Origin: Prorocentrum cordatum | Taxonomy: Eukaryota | Assembly (NCBI GenBank): GCA_963575745.1 | Contig: CAUYUJ010000137.1 | Span: forward strand, 620,001-667,758 | Direction of reading: 5' to 3' | Length of the DNA stretch: 47,758 nucleotides | In this document: one piece after another, positions 1-13,296 of the stretch | How positions within the stretch are numbered: the first letter of the stretch is position 1 | How the letters are laid out: every line of letters starts with the position of its first letter | Position numbers and translations under genes: made by a program | The notes under the pieces: model-generated | Databases searched by the model: none | The model's input: only the letters and a program-made list of their open reading frames with translations | Told to the model about the DNA's origin: nothing

Positions 1-660
1 TACCACAGGTCGGCTGGCGACAAATATACCACAGGTCGGCTGGAGACAAATATACCGCAGGACGGATCGTGATTGGATGGCCGCTCGGGAGGCGCATGTA
101 CGACACGTCGACTGGAAACAACTATAGCGCAGGACGGATCGAGACAAATATACCACAGCCCGGCTGGAGACTCATATACCACAGGTCGTCATCGTCATCA
201 GCATCAACATCATCGTCATCAGCATCATCATCATCATCGTCATCACCATTATCATTAGAATCAGCATCATCATCACCATTGTCATCAGCATATTCATCAT
301 AATATTGTCCGTTCAAAAACCCTCGAGACTGCACTTATTTGAGGATGCCTCGAGCGGAACGCATACTTCCGAGAAAAAGTGTTGAATAATCATTGTAGAT
401 TGTTTTTCTTTAAGGGTTTGCCTCTTGGGCCGTCTTGGGTGTCCTCCAGGAGCGCCCCCCAAAGATGTCGCAAGACAGCTTACTCAACAACTCATTTGCT
501 TGAGGATGTCTCAGGCGAGAGCTTCATTTTTGAGAATATAACGAATTCGCGAGCTCCCTGGACATTCCCGTGTTTGGAGGATTTCTCTAGCGAGAGGTCT
601 TTCGTTTCCACCGCGGCGCCCCAACAGAACTTGCCACGATTTCGAACTCACTTTTTTTTC
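1..660. repeat. Partial copy of the ~0.9-kb macrosatellite family, with ~27-bp ATATACCACAGGTCGGCTGGAGACAA subrepeats and a (CAT)n tract
   Basis: Shares GAGGATGTCTCAGGCGA and GGTCGGCTGGAGACAAA motifs with 4850-10425. Confidence 0.75.
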
Positions 661-1743
661 AGAAAATCAACGTGTTCTATAACACACATCGTGACCCCAA
701 ATCACAGGCGATGGCGCGAGTAGGGTCGTAGTGGAAATCACGGGAGAAGCGGGCGCAGCAGGGGTTGGCGGAGAGAGGGGGGGGGGAACGACCCTGGCCG
801 CCACGAGGGGGGCCCGAAGAGGTCTGATAACATTCTGGCGCGCTCCCTGCAAGAACGGGCGATTTGCACACCCCCGGGGGTCAACGCCCGAAACGACGAA
901 TTTAACGCACCTTGACACAGCAGCCGCGAACACAAATATTGGATTGTGACCAGTATAATCATCGAATCGAACCTGCGTGTGGCTGGACCTGCAATTTATC
1001 CTAATTGGTTTCGCTGAGCGGCTGAATATATAGAGTTTGTTTTATTTAGTGTGTCCACGCTATATGCAAAGAACGCTGGCAAAACAGAAGACGACGAGGA
1101 GGACGATCGCCCGCCAGGAGCGCCCCAACCACGGGAATTACCTGCACATGCTCCGCGTCGGCGGGGACACACGTTGCAGTTACCCCCGCCCTCCTCCCAC
1201 CCCCATCCGCCGCAGAGGAAGAAAAGGGGAGCATAATGAACGAGAGTGAAGAGGATGGGAGGAAGGCGCGGAAAAGGAGCGGAGGGAGCGAATGACAGGA
1301 GACTGGGAGACAAGCGAGGGACGGTGGGAAGGCGTATCTGGGCTCTCTCGGGCTCTCTTGAAGCTCTCTTGGGCTCTCTAGATCTGTATGAGGGGCCTCG
1401 GCGAGGCCCCAGGGGGGGCTCTTCGAAGCCTTCTTCAGTACCGCCTGGGGCTCGCCTCACTACAGCTGCCTGCGTGTTGGCGCGGTCGGAGTCGAAGTTC
1501 GTTGTTTCAAGCGCTATCTACGCATGTATCGAAATCTGGCTTGCTTGTATTACACCGCATATCAGAAATACGCAATGCAAAAAGTGCCAGCACTGTTTGA
1601 TGAAACTATTTCGCACGATCGCTATGCTCGCGTACAGGCAGTGGAACTTCGCATTTCCTCGGAATCGCGTCGCGATTGCGAAGCGCAGACGCATATCACC
1701 AGGAAGCTCCCGCACGATTGCGGCGCACAAGGCCAAATAAGCA

Positions 1744-2070
1744 AGGCCCAAGAGGGCTCTAAGAGGGCCCTAAAGGGCCTCCAAAAGCAGTGAAAGTGAA
1801 GACACTCGAGCGCCCTTTCGCGTGACATAAGTTACATTCCTCTTGGGGGCCTGTTGGTATTTTCCCGGGGCTCTTTTTGGCCTTTCTGGGGCCGTTAGGA
1901 ACGCCTGTGGGGGTCCAAGAGAACCCCCGGAGGCCCCCAATGGAAGTGAAAGTTAAATCACGCGAAAGGGCGTTCGCGTGAATTCACTTTCACTGCTTTT
2001 GGGTGCCATTCGAGGCCCTCTTGGGCCTCTCTTGGGGCCTCTGGGGCCCTCTTAGAGCTCTCTTGGGGCC
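1744..2070. repeat. Foldback / MITE-like inverted repeat
   Basis: AAAAGCAGTGAAAGTGAA (1783-1800) is the reverse complement of 1983-2000; CGCCCTTTCGCGTGA pairs with TCACGCGAAAGGGCG; arms about 1744-1851 and 1932-2070. Confidence 0.7.
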
Positions 2071-2969
2071 ATCTTATGGCCATCCTGAAGCTCTCCTGGG
2101 GCACTCCTGGCGCCCTCTTGGGGCCCCCGCCGTAGAGTATCTCAAACGTCCGTTTAAAATCCTCTACCGCGGGGGGACTCTAGGAGCGTCTAAAGCCTCC
2201 AAGGGCGTGTCTTGGGGCCTCTGGGGCCCTCCCGGAGCCCTCTCGGGATCCTCTTAGGCCTTCTTGGAGTTTTCTTGGAGCTACCCCACGGCACTATATG
2301 CATGGACTGACCGCTCCATGACAAGATAAGGCCCTGGGGTTGGACCGCTCCGGCAGCGAGGCCGGACATTTCAGGCGAAAAATCTCAGGCCTCAAAGCAG
2401 GGTACTTGAAGCTAAACTTTTCCAGCCTCAAGGCCGGAAAGGCACGGCCTTCCATCAACATCATTACTCCGATTTTCAACCTCCGCCCCGACGGTTCTGG
2501 CTACGATTTTGAACACCCGCCCCTACGATTTTCAAACTACCCCACGACGATTTTGGCTACGATTTTCAGGATCCGCCCCTACGATTCTGAATGCGGGGTC
2601 CGCGAGCCGCCAGCACGATTTCGAAATGAGACCCTACGCCTAGAGAGAACGATTTGCGCTAGAATCTGGCGCCCGATCCGAAACGATTTCAAATACAATT
2701 TTGGCAAACAAAAATTTCGTGGAGAAGTCTCAGGCAAGTCGCCCGAAAAAATCGTATTGCAAAATCGTGTGCAAAATCGTGGTTGGTTTTTATGCTTCTC
2801 AGGGGAAGGCCCAGGGGACTCTGAAACACCACCATCAACACATGCTCATCATCATCCTCATTCCGCCAGCCGTTCCTCCGAACAGTTCCCCCCATAACAT
2901 GCTGTCGGTGACAGCTCCCAGAACGAATGCGCCGCTAAACCACAACCGCCATTCAACGCACCAAGCGAC

Positions 2970-3515
2970 GGTGGCCGTCGTCGCCGCCGTAATGTTCGTC
3001 ATCGTCAGAACGCCCGTCGCTCTTGTCGTTGGAATGCTCGCCGCCGTCGTCACAACGCTCGCCATCGCCCTCGTGGCGGTCGCCGCGTTGGTCGCCGTAG
3101 CACTCGTCGCCGTCGTCGTCGTAATGCCCGTCGGCGTCGTCGTCGCAACGTTCGTTGCTGTCGTCGCCGAAACGCTCATCGTCGTCGTCGCGAAACTCAA
3201 CGGAGCCGTCATCGCAACGCTCCGCGTCGCCGCGGTCGTCGGCACGCTCGCCATCGTCTCGGCAATGCTCGTCGCTGCCGTCGCCGTCGTAACGCTCGTC
3301 TTCGTCGGTTTAAAAATTCGTCGCCGTCGCCGTCGCAGCGATCGTCACCGCCGCCGCCGCAGTGTTCGTCAATATCGTCGTCACCGTCGTCGCCGTTGCG
3401 ATCGCAACGCTCGTACCCGTCCTCGCCGAGACACTCGTCGCCGTCGTGGTCGTCGTACTGGTCGTCGTCGTCGTTGCAACGCTCGTCGCCGTCGTCGTAC
3501 CAACGTTTGTCGTCG
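2970..3515. repeat. Degenerate (GTC/GCC)n low-complexity tract
   Basis: Repeated TCGTCGCCG units; these generate spurious Val/Ala/Arg-rich ORFs. Confidence 0.8.
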
Positions 3516-4849
3516 GATAGCCCGCTCCCCGGGGACTGAACGCGAAGGCAGATCCCCCTCAGTGGAGAAACCAGAAATGCCCGTCACACTGCATAATTAC
3601 AGGGGCACTCTTTGAAAATCGTTGCTGGAGACGCGCGGAGACGGACAACGAAGCACCTGGAGGCCCGGGCCACGGAGAGGTTCACTGGGGATCCTAGCGA
3701 TGGGCAAAGTGAGAAGGACCATGACGACGCTCTGCACACATGACGAACAGTTGCGATATAGTTGCGATTTTCCGCCAGCCGTTCCTGCTCCCCCTCCCTC
3801 GCCCTGCACAAACCCAAAGGAACATTTGTAAAAACCTAGAAACGCTTTCTCTGTTTCAAAACACGCAAGGAAACCGCATCGCAACTACGGATTATGGGGA
3901 ACCTACCAATCCCACACCCTCCGCCGCCTGCGCGCATCCAGAAACCATGTTTGAAACTCTGAAAGCAGTTCCGGGTCAACAACACATGATGAGATTGCGC
4001 AACTATGGTGTTTTACCGAGCTCCCTCTTCTCCGCTCTCCTAGACGCCCTCTGGCCGCAGCGACAAATATTCCAAAACATGTGAGCATACCTGCATTTCG
4101 TAAAACACGATTGACAGACTCGCGAACGCCCCCGGTTAAAACTTACAACAATTATTATACATACAAACGTTCGTCGGTTCCCCATGTTTCTTTGTACACC
4201 GCGTTGGCATGGTCAAACCTTCAAACGCTCAAACTACAAATACGAGCAATCGTTCACGCTTCAAACTTACACTGTTCGAAATGGCAAACTGCTGTGGCGT
4301 GTTTTCGCGGTTGAAGCAATTTTGCCATGCTTGGCAATTTAGAAACACTGGAAGTTTGAACACATGACATATGTGTCATTCTGGAATAAGGGCACGGTCA
4401 GTTTGACCTTCTCGACCAAACACATACTGTATATCCAAGAGTTTGAGACCTTCAGACAATTCCAACATGTCAAACATCATAACATCAAGTGCTCACCCTC
4501 GGACCCATGTATACATGAAAGAACCTCCTCTTTGTAAACCTATGAAATGTCAAACCTCAAAACACAACGAAGCTACATGCGCATCACCCTCAGAGGGCAT
4601 GGGGGGGCCTGGCCCCTCCCGTTGGCCCTCAAGTCCCTGCCCCATGCATGGGGCAGGGGGCCCGATCTGGGCGCCTGCCGATGATCTCGACGAACAGTCG
4701 GCACGAACGCGTAGACGGCCGTGTCTTGCGGGACGCCGAATGTGCGACGTTTAGGTGAACGCGCTTCTCACGAATGCAAAACAATCCTTCTCGCGCCAAC
4801 GATTCGACTTCAAAATCGTCTGTTGGGCGCCGGGGGCATGATCTTTCGG

Positions 4850-6299
4850 CATCTGATTTGTTGGAGGATGTATCAAGCGAAACTGCCATGTTCGAGGATC
4901 CGGAAATTAGGCGAGCGATTTCAAGATCTCCATGTTTGGGGTCCCAAGCGAAATCGTCATTTTTGGACATAAAACGTCTTAAACGATAACCCCCAACATC
5001 CAGACTTTGTTAGGATGTCTCAAGCGAAACGCTTATTTGGGGAACCTTCCTTGACATGACCAGGACGCGGGTGAAATCAAAGAGCTTGGCAAAAACGTGC
5101 ACCAACATCAAGTTCGCATGTCGCGTAGGCGCTCTTCCCGAACGTCCACAAGGGGTACCAGGTGGACTTCGCTATCCGCGCAAGCTCAGACATGCCGCTG
5201 ACCCCGAACGCCCGTAAGAAGAGCCAGATGTAGTTCACGATCCGCGCAAATTCCGACGTGCCGCTCACCCCGGACGTCCACAAAAGATACCAAATGGAAT
5301 TCACCATCCGCGCAACTTCAGTCACCGCTCACCGCGAACGTTCACAAAAGGTACCAGGTGGAGTCCTCTACCCGCGCGAGTTTAGACGTCAAGCTGACCC
5401 CGAACGCCCACAAAAGATATCAGGTGGAGTTCGCTACCCGCGCGAGTTCAGATTTTGTTGGAGGATGTCTCGAAGAAACGCTCTGCGTTTAACAAAACAC
5501 TTGAAAACCAATGGGTTTTTCGCCTTCGAGGACCCGTCCGAATGCAATTGCTGGAGGATGCCTCGAGCGAAACGCCCATTGTTTAACAAACCTGTTGAAA
5601 ACCCATGGGTTAAAGAAAACCGCTTCTTGGGCCATCTTGGAGGTCATCCGAGATCGCTCCGAAAAGATGCCTTACAAGAGCACTTGGCGCATCCCATTGT
5701 TCGAGGATGTTTCAGGTGAAACGCCCATTTTCGATGATTCGAAAATTAGGCGAGCGATTTCAAGACCTCCATGTTTGGAGTATGTCTCGGGCGAAACGCC
5801 CATCTTTAGCAACATACGTCTTAAGATACGACCCCCAATTTCACGATTTGGCGAGGATGTCTCAAATGGAACGCTCGATTTTGGCGGAACCTTTCCTGAC
5901 AGGAATGGGAAGCGCGTGAAAGAGAAGAGCTGTGCAAGAACGTGCAGCATCATCACGATGAACCGTAATGTGAGCGAGCTCCCCGAACGTCCACAGGGGA
6001 TACCTATGGACGTGCGATCCCCGAACGTTGACAACCCCGCTCCTGAATATCCTACGAAAGTCTTCTCTATGGCGTGGTGTTTTTAACCGGCGTCGTCCTT
6101 TGAACCGAACCGTTTCACCCACATGTCGGCTGGAGACAAATATACCCCGGCGACGACGACGACGATGACGACGACGATGACAACGACGACGATGACGACG
6201 GAGATGACGACGACGACGACGACGATGACGACGGTAACCACAACGACGATGACGACGAGGAAGACGACGATAGGGCCATCATAATCATTATAATCATTG

Positions 6300-6331
<32 letters not shown>

Positions 6332-7044
6332 GTCATCGTCATCAGCATCAACATCATCGTCATCGTCATCGTCATCAGCAGCATCATCGTCATCGTCATC
6401 GTCATCGTCATCATTTTCACCAGCATCTTCATCAGATTGAGGACCCGTCCGAAGGCAATGATTGTGGGATGTCTCAGGCGAAACACTTATTGTTTAACAG
6501 AGTTGTTAACAACCCTTTGGCTTTTCAACAGTTTCGTCTTCTTCGGCCATCCTGGAGGTCATCCGATATCGCTCTCAAAAGATGCTTCAAAACAGCCCTT
6601 CATACACCCAACTGTTTACAGGATGTCTCAGGCGAAAACCACATTTTCGCGGATCCGAAAATTAGGCGAGCGATTTCAAGATCTCCATTCTTGGAGGATC
6701 TCTCAAACAAAATCATAATTTTTGACATAGAACATCTTAAACAATAACCCCCAATATCCCGATTATGTTAGGATGTCTCAGGCGAAAGTTGTTTTTTTCC
6801 AAACCTTTCCTGACATGAACGGGAATCGCGTAAAAGAGAAGAACTGTGCAAGAACGTGCAGCATCATCACGATGAACCGTAATGTGGGAGAGCTCCCCGA
6901 ACGTCCACAGGGGATACCTATGGACGCCGGCTGCCCGAACGTTGGCAGCCCTGTTCCTGAGTATCCTACGAAAGTATTCTCTACGGCGTGGCGTTTTGAA
7001 CCGGCGTCGCCCTTTGAACCGAACCGTTACCATACGACGACGGC

Positions 7045-7079
<35 letters not shown>

Positions 7080-10000
7080 TGACGACGATGATGGAGACAA
7101 CTATACCAACAGGTCGACTGGAGACAAACGCCCACAAAATATACCAGATGGGGTTCACTACCCGAGCGAGTTCAGACGTGGCGCTGACAGGAGAAGAAGG
7201 AGGAAGAGGACGAGGAAACCTGATGGTATCGAGGACCCGTCCGGAAGCAATGTTTGGAGGATGTCGAGGATGCCTCGAACGAAACGCTCTGGTTTTGACC
7301 AAACTGTTGAAAACACTAGTTTTGTTTGCTAATTTCTCTTTCGAGGACCCGTCCGAATGCAATTGTTGGAGGATGTCTCGAGCGAAACGCTCATTGTTTA
7401 GCAAAGCTGTTGAAAACCCATGGGTTAAAACAAAAACCGCTTCTTGGGCCATCTTGGAGGTCATCCGAGATCGCTCCGAAAAGATGCCTATCAGAGCTCT
7501 TGGCGCATCCCACTTGTTCGAAGATGTTTCAGGCGAAGCGCCCATTTTCGAAGATCCGAAAATTAGGCGAGCGATTTCAAGATCTCCATTCTTGGAGGAT
7601 GTCTCAGGCGAAATTGTCATTTTTGTGACACAAAACGTCTTCAACGAGAACCCCCAAAAGCCAGATGTTGTTAGGATGTCTCGAGCGAAACGTTCCTTTT
7701 TCAAACCTTTCCTGACATGAACGGGAATCGCGTAAAAGAGAAGAACTGTGCAAGAACGTGCAGCATCGTGCAGCATCATCACGATGAACCGTAATGTGGG
7801 CGAGCTCCCCGAACGTCCACAGGGGATACCTATGGACGCGGGCTGCCCGAACGTTGGCAGCCCTGTTCCTGAAAATCCTACGAACGTCTTCTCCACGGCG
7901 TGGCGTTTTGAACCAGTGTCGCCCTTTGAACCGAACCGCTACCATACGACGACGGCGACGACGACGACGATGACGACGATGATGGAGACAGATATACCAC
8001 GGGTCGGCTGGAGACAAACGCCCACAAAAGATACCAGGTGGAGTTCATTACCCGCGCGAGTTCAGACGTGGTGCTGACAGGAGAAGGAAGAGGAGGAGGA
8101 GGATACTTGATGGTATCGAGGACCCGTCCGACGACAGTTTTTTGGGAGGATGTCTCGAACTAACTCTCTGTTTTAACCAAACTGTTGAAAACCCATGGAT
8201 GTTTCAATACTTTCGTCTTCGAGGACCCGTCAGAATGCAATGTTTGGAGGATGTCTCGAGCGAAACGCTTTGATTTTAACAGAACGAGCATCTTTTCGCT
8301 TGAACGATCTACCCTCAGATTTTTCAATAATGTCGCTTCTTGGGCCATCTTGGAGGCCATCCGAGAAAGCTCCGAAAAGATACCTTACAGGAGCTCTTGG
8401 CGAATCCCAGTTGTCCTAGGATGTCTCAGGCGCCCATTTTCGAAGATCCAAGAATTATGCGAGCGATTTCAATATCTCCATTCTTGGAGGATGTCTCAGG
8501 CGAAATCGTCATTTGTTGCATTAAACGTCTTAAGCGATATCCTCCAATATCCCGATGTTGTGAGAATGTCTTGAACGAAGCGCTTCCTATTCTGACATCA
8601 ACAGGAAGCGCGTAAAAAAAGACAAGCTGCGCAATAACGTGCAGCATCATCACGATGAACCGTAATGTGGGCGAGCTCCTGTTCCTGAGCATCCTACGAA
8701 CGTCTTCTCTACGGAGTGGCTTTTTGAGCTGGCGTCGCCCTTTGAACCGAACCGCTACCATACGACGACGGCGACGACGGCGACGACGACGATGACGACG
8801 ATGATGGAGACAGATGTACCAACAGGTCGAATGGAGACAAACGCCCACAAAAGATACCAGGTGCAGTTCACTAGCCGCGCGGGTTCAGACGTGGCGCTGA
8901 CAGGAAAAAAAGGAGGAAGAGGAGGAGGAGACCTGATGGTATCGACGACCCGTCCAAAGGCAATTGTTGGAGGATCTCTCGAGCGAAACGCCCTGTTTGT
9001 AACAAAACGAGTGAAAACCCATGGGTCTTTTAATGATTTCGCCTTCGGGGACCCGTCTCAAGGCAATTTTTGAATGAGGTCTCGAGCAAACAACTATTGT
9101 TTTGACAGAACTGTTGGACAACCGTTGTTTTTGTTGAATAATTTCTCTTCATCGTTCCGAAAAGATGCCTTACACGAGCTCTTGGCGCATCCCACTGTTC
9201 CGAGAATATATCAGGCGAAACGCTCATTTTCGAGGATCCGAAAATTAGGCGAGCGATTTCAAGATCTCCATTCTTGGAGGATGTCTCAAGCGAAATCGTC
9301 ATGTGTTTGCATAAAACGTCTTACAAAAAAGCCTCCGAGATCCCGGATTTGTGATGTCTCAGGCGAAACGCCGTTTTTTCTCAAACCTTTCCTGACATGA
9401 ACGGGAAGCGCGTGAAAGGGAAGCGTTGCGCAAGAGCTTGCAGCATCATCGCGATCAAATGTAATATAGGCGAGCTCTTCGAACGCCCACAAGGGATACG
9501 TATGGACACGCGCCCCCCGAACGTTCACAAGCAGATTCCTGAATATCCTCCTCACTCTTCCGCGTGAGGAGGACGACGGCGAAGACGACTACCAGGGGAG
9601 GAGGGGAGTGAGAAGGAGGCGGAGGAGGAGGAGGAGGAGGAGGACCAGCAGCAGCAGCAGCATCAGTGGAGGGGGCGGAGGACGAGGAAGATGAGGAACA
9701 GGAGCAGGAGGAGGGGGAGGAGGAGGACGAGAAGGAGGAGGAGGAGGAGAAGAAGAAAGAGGAAGAACGGGAGGAGGAGGCGGAAGAGGACGAGGAGGAG
9801 GAGGAGGAGGAGGAGGAGGACGAGGAGGAGAAGGAGAAAGTGGTAGAGAAGAAGGAGAGGAGGAAGAGGAGGAGGAGGAGGAGGAGGAGGAGGAGGAGCA
9901 GGAGGAGGAAGAGGACAAGGAGGAGGAAAAACAGGAGGAAAAAACCATGGGTTGTTTTGTACGTTCGCCTTCGAGGACCCGTCCGAAGACAATGTTTGGA

Positions 10001-10425
10001 GGATGTCTCGAGCGAAACGCTCATGTTTAACAACAGTGTCAAAACACCCTTAGGTGTTCAACACGGTCGCTTCTTGGACCATCTTGGAGGTCATCCGAGA
10101 TAGCTCCGAAAAGATGCCTTACACGAGATCTTTCGGCATCCCACTGTTTCGAGGATGTCTCAGGCGAAACGCCCACCGTTCGAGGATTTGAAAATTAGGC
10201 GAACAACTTCAAGATCTCCATTCTTGGAGGATGTCTCAGGCGGCATCGTCATTTGTTTGCATAAAACGTCTTAAACGAGAACCCCCAAGATCCCGAGTTG
10301 GGGGGGATGTCTCAGGCGAAACGCCCCTTTTCTCAAACCTTTCCTGACATGAACGGGAAGCGCGTGAAAGGGAAGAGTTGCGCAAGAGATTGCAGCATCA
10401 TCGCGGTCAAATGTAATATAGGTGA
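4850..10425. repeat. Tandem macrosatellite, about 7 diverged units of ~790-950 bp
   Basis: Anchor AATTAGGCGAGCGATTTCAAGATCTCCA recurs near 4905, 5744, 6660, 7561, 8452, 9243, 10193; core GGAGGATGTCTCRRGCGAAACG recurs several times per unit. Confidence 0.9.
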
Positions 10426-10426
10426 A

Positions 10427-11878
10427 CTAGAACCACGCGCGCGCTTCGCGCGCGCTCAGGTTCCAGCGAGCCCCATTGTAGTCTAAAGTGTTCGGCATCG
10501 GGTGACATTGATTGTCACAAGAATCATGCACCTCAGGGGGCTCCACCTGCGGCCCATCAGACAGGCTTGGGCCCCCAAGCCCATGCCGGCACACCCTTCA
10601 CAGGGATCGCGTCCCACAGGGACCCCAACGTGATTCCATCCCTAGAGACGAGGTTCGCATAGTGGCACGTCCCTCAGGAGGACCGTACCCCGCAACTAAA
10701 TGCATCTGCGGCACCAGAGGGGAATTTCATAACATCGGCCCGCTCAGTTCGGCGTACCTCTCATACGGATCGTGGCCCGCAAGGACATCCACGGACGGCC
10801 CCAAAGACAAAGTTCGCATCCCGCCGTCCCGCCTACTTCGGCACACCTCGCACACGGATCGTGATCGTGGCCCACAGGGATCTCCACCCACGGCCCCCGA
10901 AGCAAGGTTCGCACTGCGCCCCCCCCCAGCCATGGCGGTACATCCCGTCACGTGGATCATGCCCACAAGGAGCACCACCGAATCAAAGGCCCCGAAGGTT
11001 CGAACAGCGCCCCCCCCCGCCCATGTCGGCACACCTGTCACGCGAATCATGCTCCAGAACGGGCATCTTTGCATGGCGCCCCCGCGCCCATTTCGGAACA
11101 TGTTTGGCACGGGGCGTGCCCGGAGGAGGTCCACATGCGGCCTCAGCGGGCGTGTTCGCGCGACACTTCACGCGGATCGTGCCCCACAAAGAGTTCAGCG
11201 CACCCGTGCACGCGTGCCCCGCGGCAGCCATCTTTCCGCATTGCCCCGGCCTCTTTGGCTGTCTCACAGCGTTCCTGGCCCGTCGGACGCTGCAGGAAGT
11301 CGTTTTTGAGGCCTGTCTTCGCCGTCTTCGAGCCCGCTTGGAGCGCTTCGTGGCTGTCTTGGAGGCAATCTCAGGCGTGTTGAGTCCTCTTGAGCCGTCT
11401 TGGGGCCCTCCTGGGGCCATTTTTGGTGTTTCTTGGGCCGTCACGGGGCTATCGTGGAGGCCTCTTGGGTGCTCTGGGAGCGATCTTGGGGGCCTCGTGC
11501 GCCATCTGGACCGTCAGCAGGCCGAAAAAAAAACAAATGCAAAAATATTCAAAAACCAACGGGAAATCGATTCATTTAGCTTTTTCTGGATTTCCCAACG
11601 GATGTCTTGGAGGCGTCTTGGCCGCCTCGGAGGCTATTTGGACTTATCTTGACCCCATATTGGACCGTGTAGGGTACCTCTTGGAGCCATCGAGGGCTCT
11701 CTTGAGGCCATCTTAGCGTTCTTGCAGGCATTTCTGCAGCCATCATGGGTCATCTTGGCCGTCTTGGAGGCCATCGAGGCCGTTTTGGACCGGGAACGTG
11801 GGGTCCTGGAGCCCCGGTCCCGCCGTAGAGAAATGAGGCAGGCCCCCCCCCGGGGACCTGGAACTCCGGTGTCCTATA
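10427..11878 (-). mobile_element. Putative non-autonomous Helitron-like element H1 (3' end at 10427; other boundary uncertain)
   Basis: Minus strand ends GCGCGCGC-GAA-GCGCGCGC-GTGGTT-CTAG|T (hairpin plus CTRR); abruptly truncates the macrosatellite. Confidence 0.5.
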
Positions 11879-12460
11879 TCTATATATATGTATATATATA
11901 CATATATATGTGTATATATACATGCATTTATACATACATACATACATACATGCATACATACGTACATACACACATACATACATACACACGTACATAAATA
12001 CATACATACATACATACCTACCTACCTACCTACCTACATACATACATACATACATACATACATACATACACATACATACATACATACATACATACGTGCA
12101 TACGTGCATACGTGCATACGTGCATACGTGCATACGTACATACGTACATACGTACATACGTACATACGTACATACGTACATACGTACATACGTACATACA
12201 TACATACATACGTACATACATACATACGTACGTACATACATACATACAGGCATGCATGCATACATACATACATGCATGCATGCATGCATGCATGCATACG
12301 TACAAACAAACATACATGCATACAGACAGACAGACGAACTGATAGGCATACATACATACATATATACATACATGCATACATACGTACATACATACATACA
12401 TACATACATACATACATACATACACATACATACATACATACATACATACATACATACATA
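11875..12460. repeat. Compound microsatellite (TA)n/(CATA)n/(CATACGTA)n/(CATG)n/(CAGA)n
   Basis: Directly visible. Confidence 0.95.
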
Positions 12461-13296
12461 CTAAAACCACGCGCGCGCTTCGCGCGCGCTTAGGTTCTAG
12501 CTAGGAGGCGAGCTTGAGTCAACGAAAGTCGCAGGGAAGGGGGCAGGGGGAAGAAGGCCAGAGAGCGCTGAAGGATACAAATACTGGAACCCTCTTGTGA
12601 TTTTGTGGGGGGCCTCGTCCGGCCGCTCGCTGGGAGTTTGACGTAGCTTCTCGGGAGCCTCTGAACCTGTCGGGGGCCTCCTGGAAGCAGGTTCGAAGCA
12701 TTTTGGGGGCCGATTTGGGGCTTCTCGGGGCCTCCTTTGGGCCTCTTGGGGGTCTCCTGGGGCCTCTTGAGGGGCCTCCTTGGGGCCTCCTGGCGGCCTC
12801 TTGGGGCGGAAGGCTCGAGCTTGCGGTTCGTGGTCCCCCTCTGGGCCCCCTCTTGGGCCCGTCTTGGGGCCCTCTTGGGCCATCTTGGGCGCCTCTTGGG
12901 CCGTCTTGGGGCCCTCTTGGGCTGTCCTGGGGCCCTCTTGGAAGCTTCTTGGGCCGTCTTGGGGCGGTCTTGGGCGCCTCTTGGGCCGTCTTGGACGCGG
13001 TGAAAGCCCAAGAGGCGAACATGCGAAAAAAATACGTTTTCCCATAGGAATGGCACGATTTTTGCTTCTTGGGCCTCTCTTGGGCTGCCTCTCGGAGCGT
13101 CTTGGAGGCTTCTGGGACCTTCTTGGTGTCATGACAGGCGTCTTGGAAGGCATCTGGAGCCATCGGAGCGCGTTCCGAAGCCGCCTGCGAACGATCTTGG
13201 ACGGCGTCCGGCGGTCCGACGAGCCTCCGGGCCCCCCGGGGCCCACATTTGTGGTCGGGGTCCCGGCCCCGGGCCCCCGGACCCGGTGCGCCGTTA
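12461..13296 (-). mobile_element. Putative non-autonomous Helitron-like element H2 inserted in the microsatellite
   Basis: Absent from duplicate copy B; left end nearly identical over ~40 bp to the H1 end (hairpin plus TTAG|T on minus). Confidence 0.6.

Noticed and set aside
2701..3615. 304-aa ORF with apparent transmembrane helices and an Arg-rich tail
   Set aside because: It arises from degenerate (GTC)n sequence and has no recognisable domain
4850..10425. CRISPR-like recurrence of GGAGGATGTCTCRRGCGAAACG
   Set aside because: Spacing is irregular, the intervening sequences repeat between units, there are no cas genes, and the context is eukaryotic
11888..12493. Long HTYI/MYVC ORFs (also 16835-17790 and 42637-43263)
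   Set aside because: These are translations of (CATA)n microsatellites
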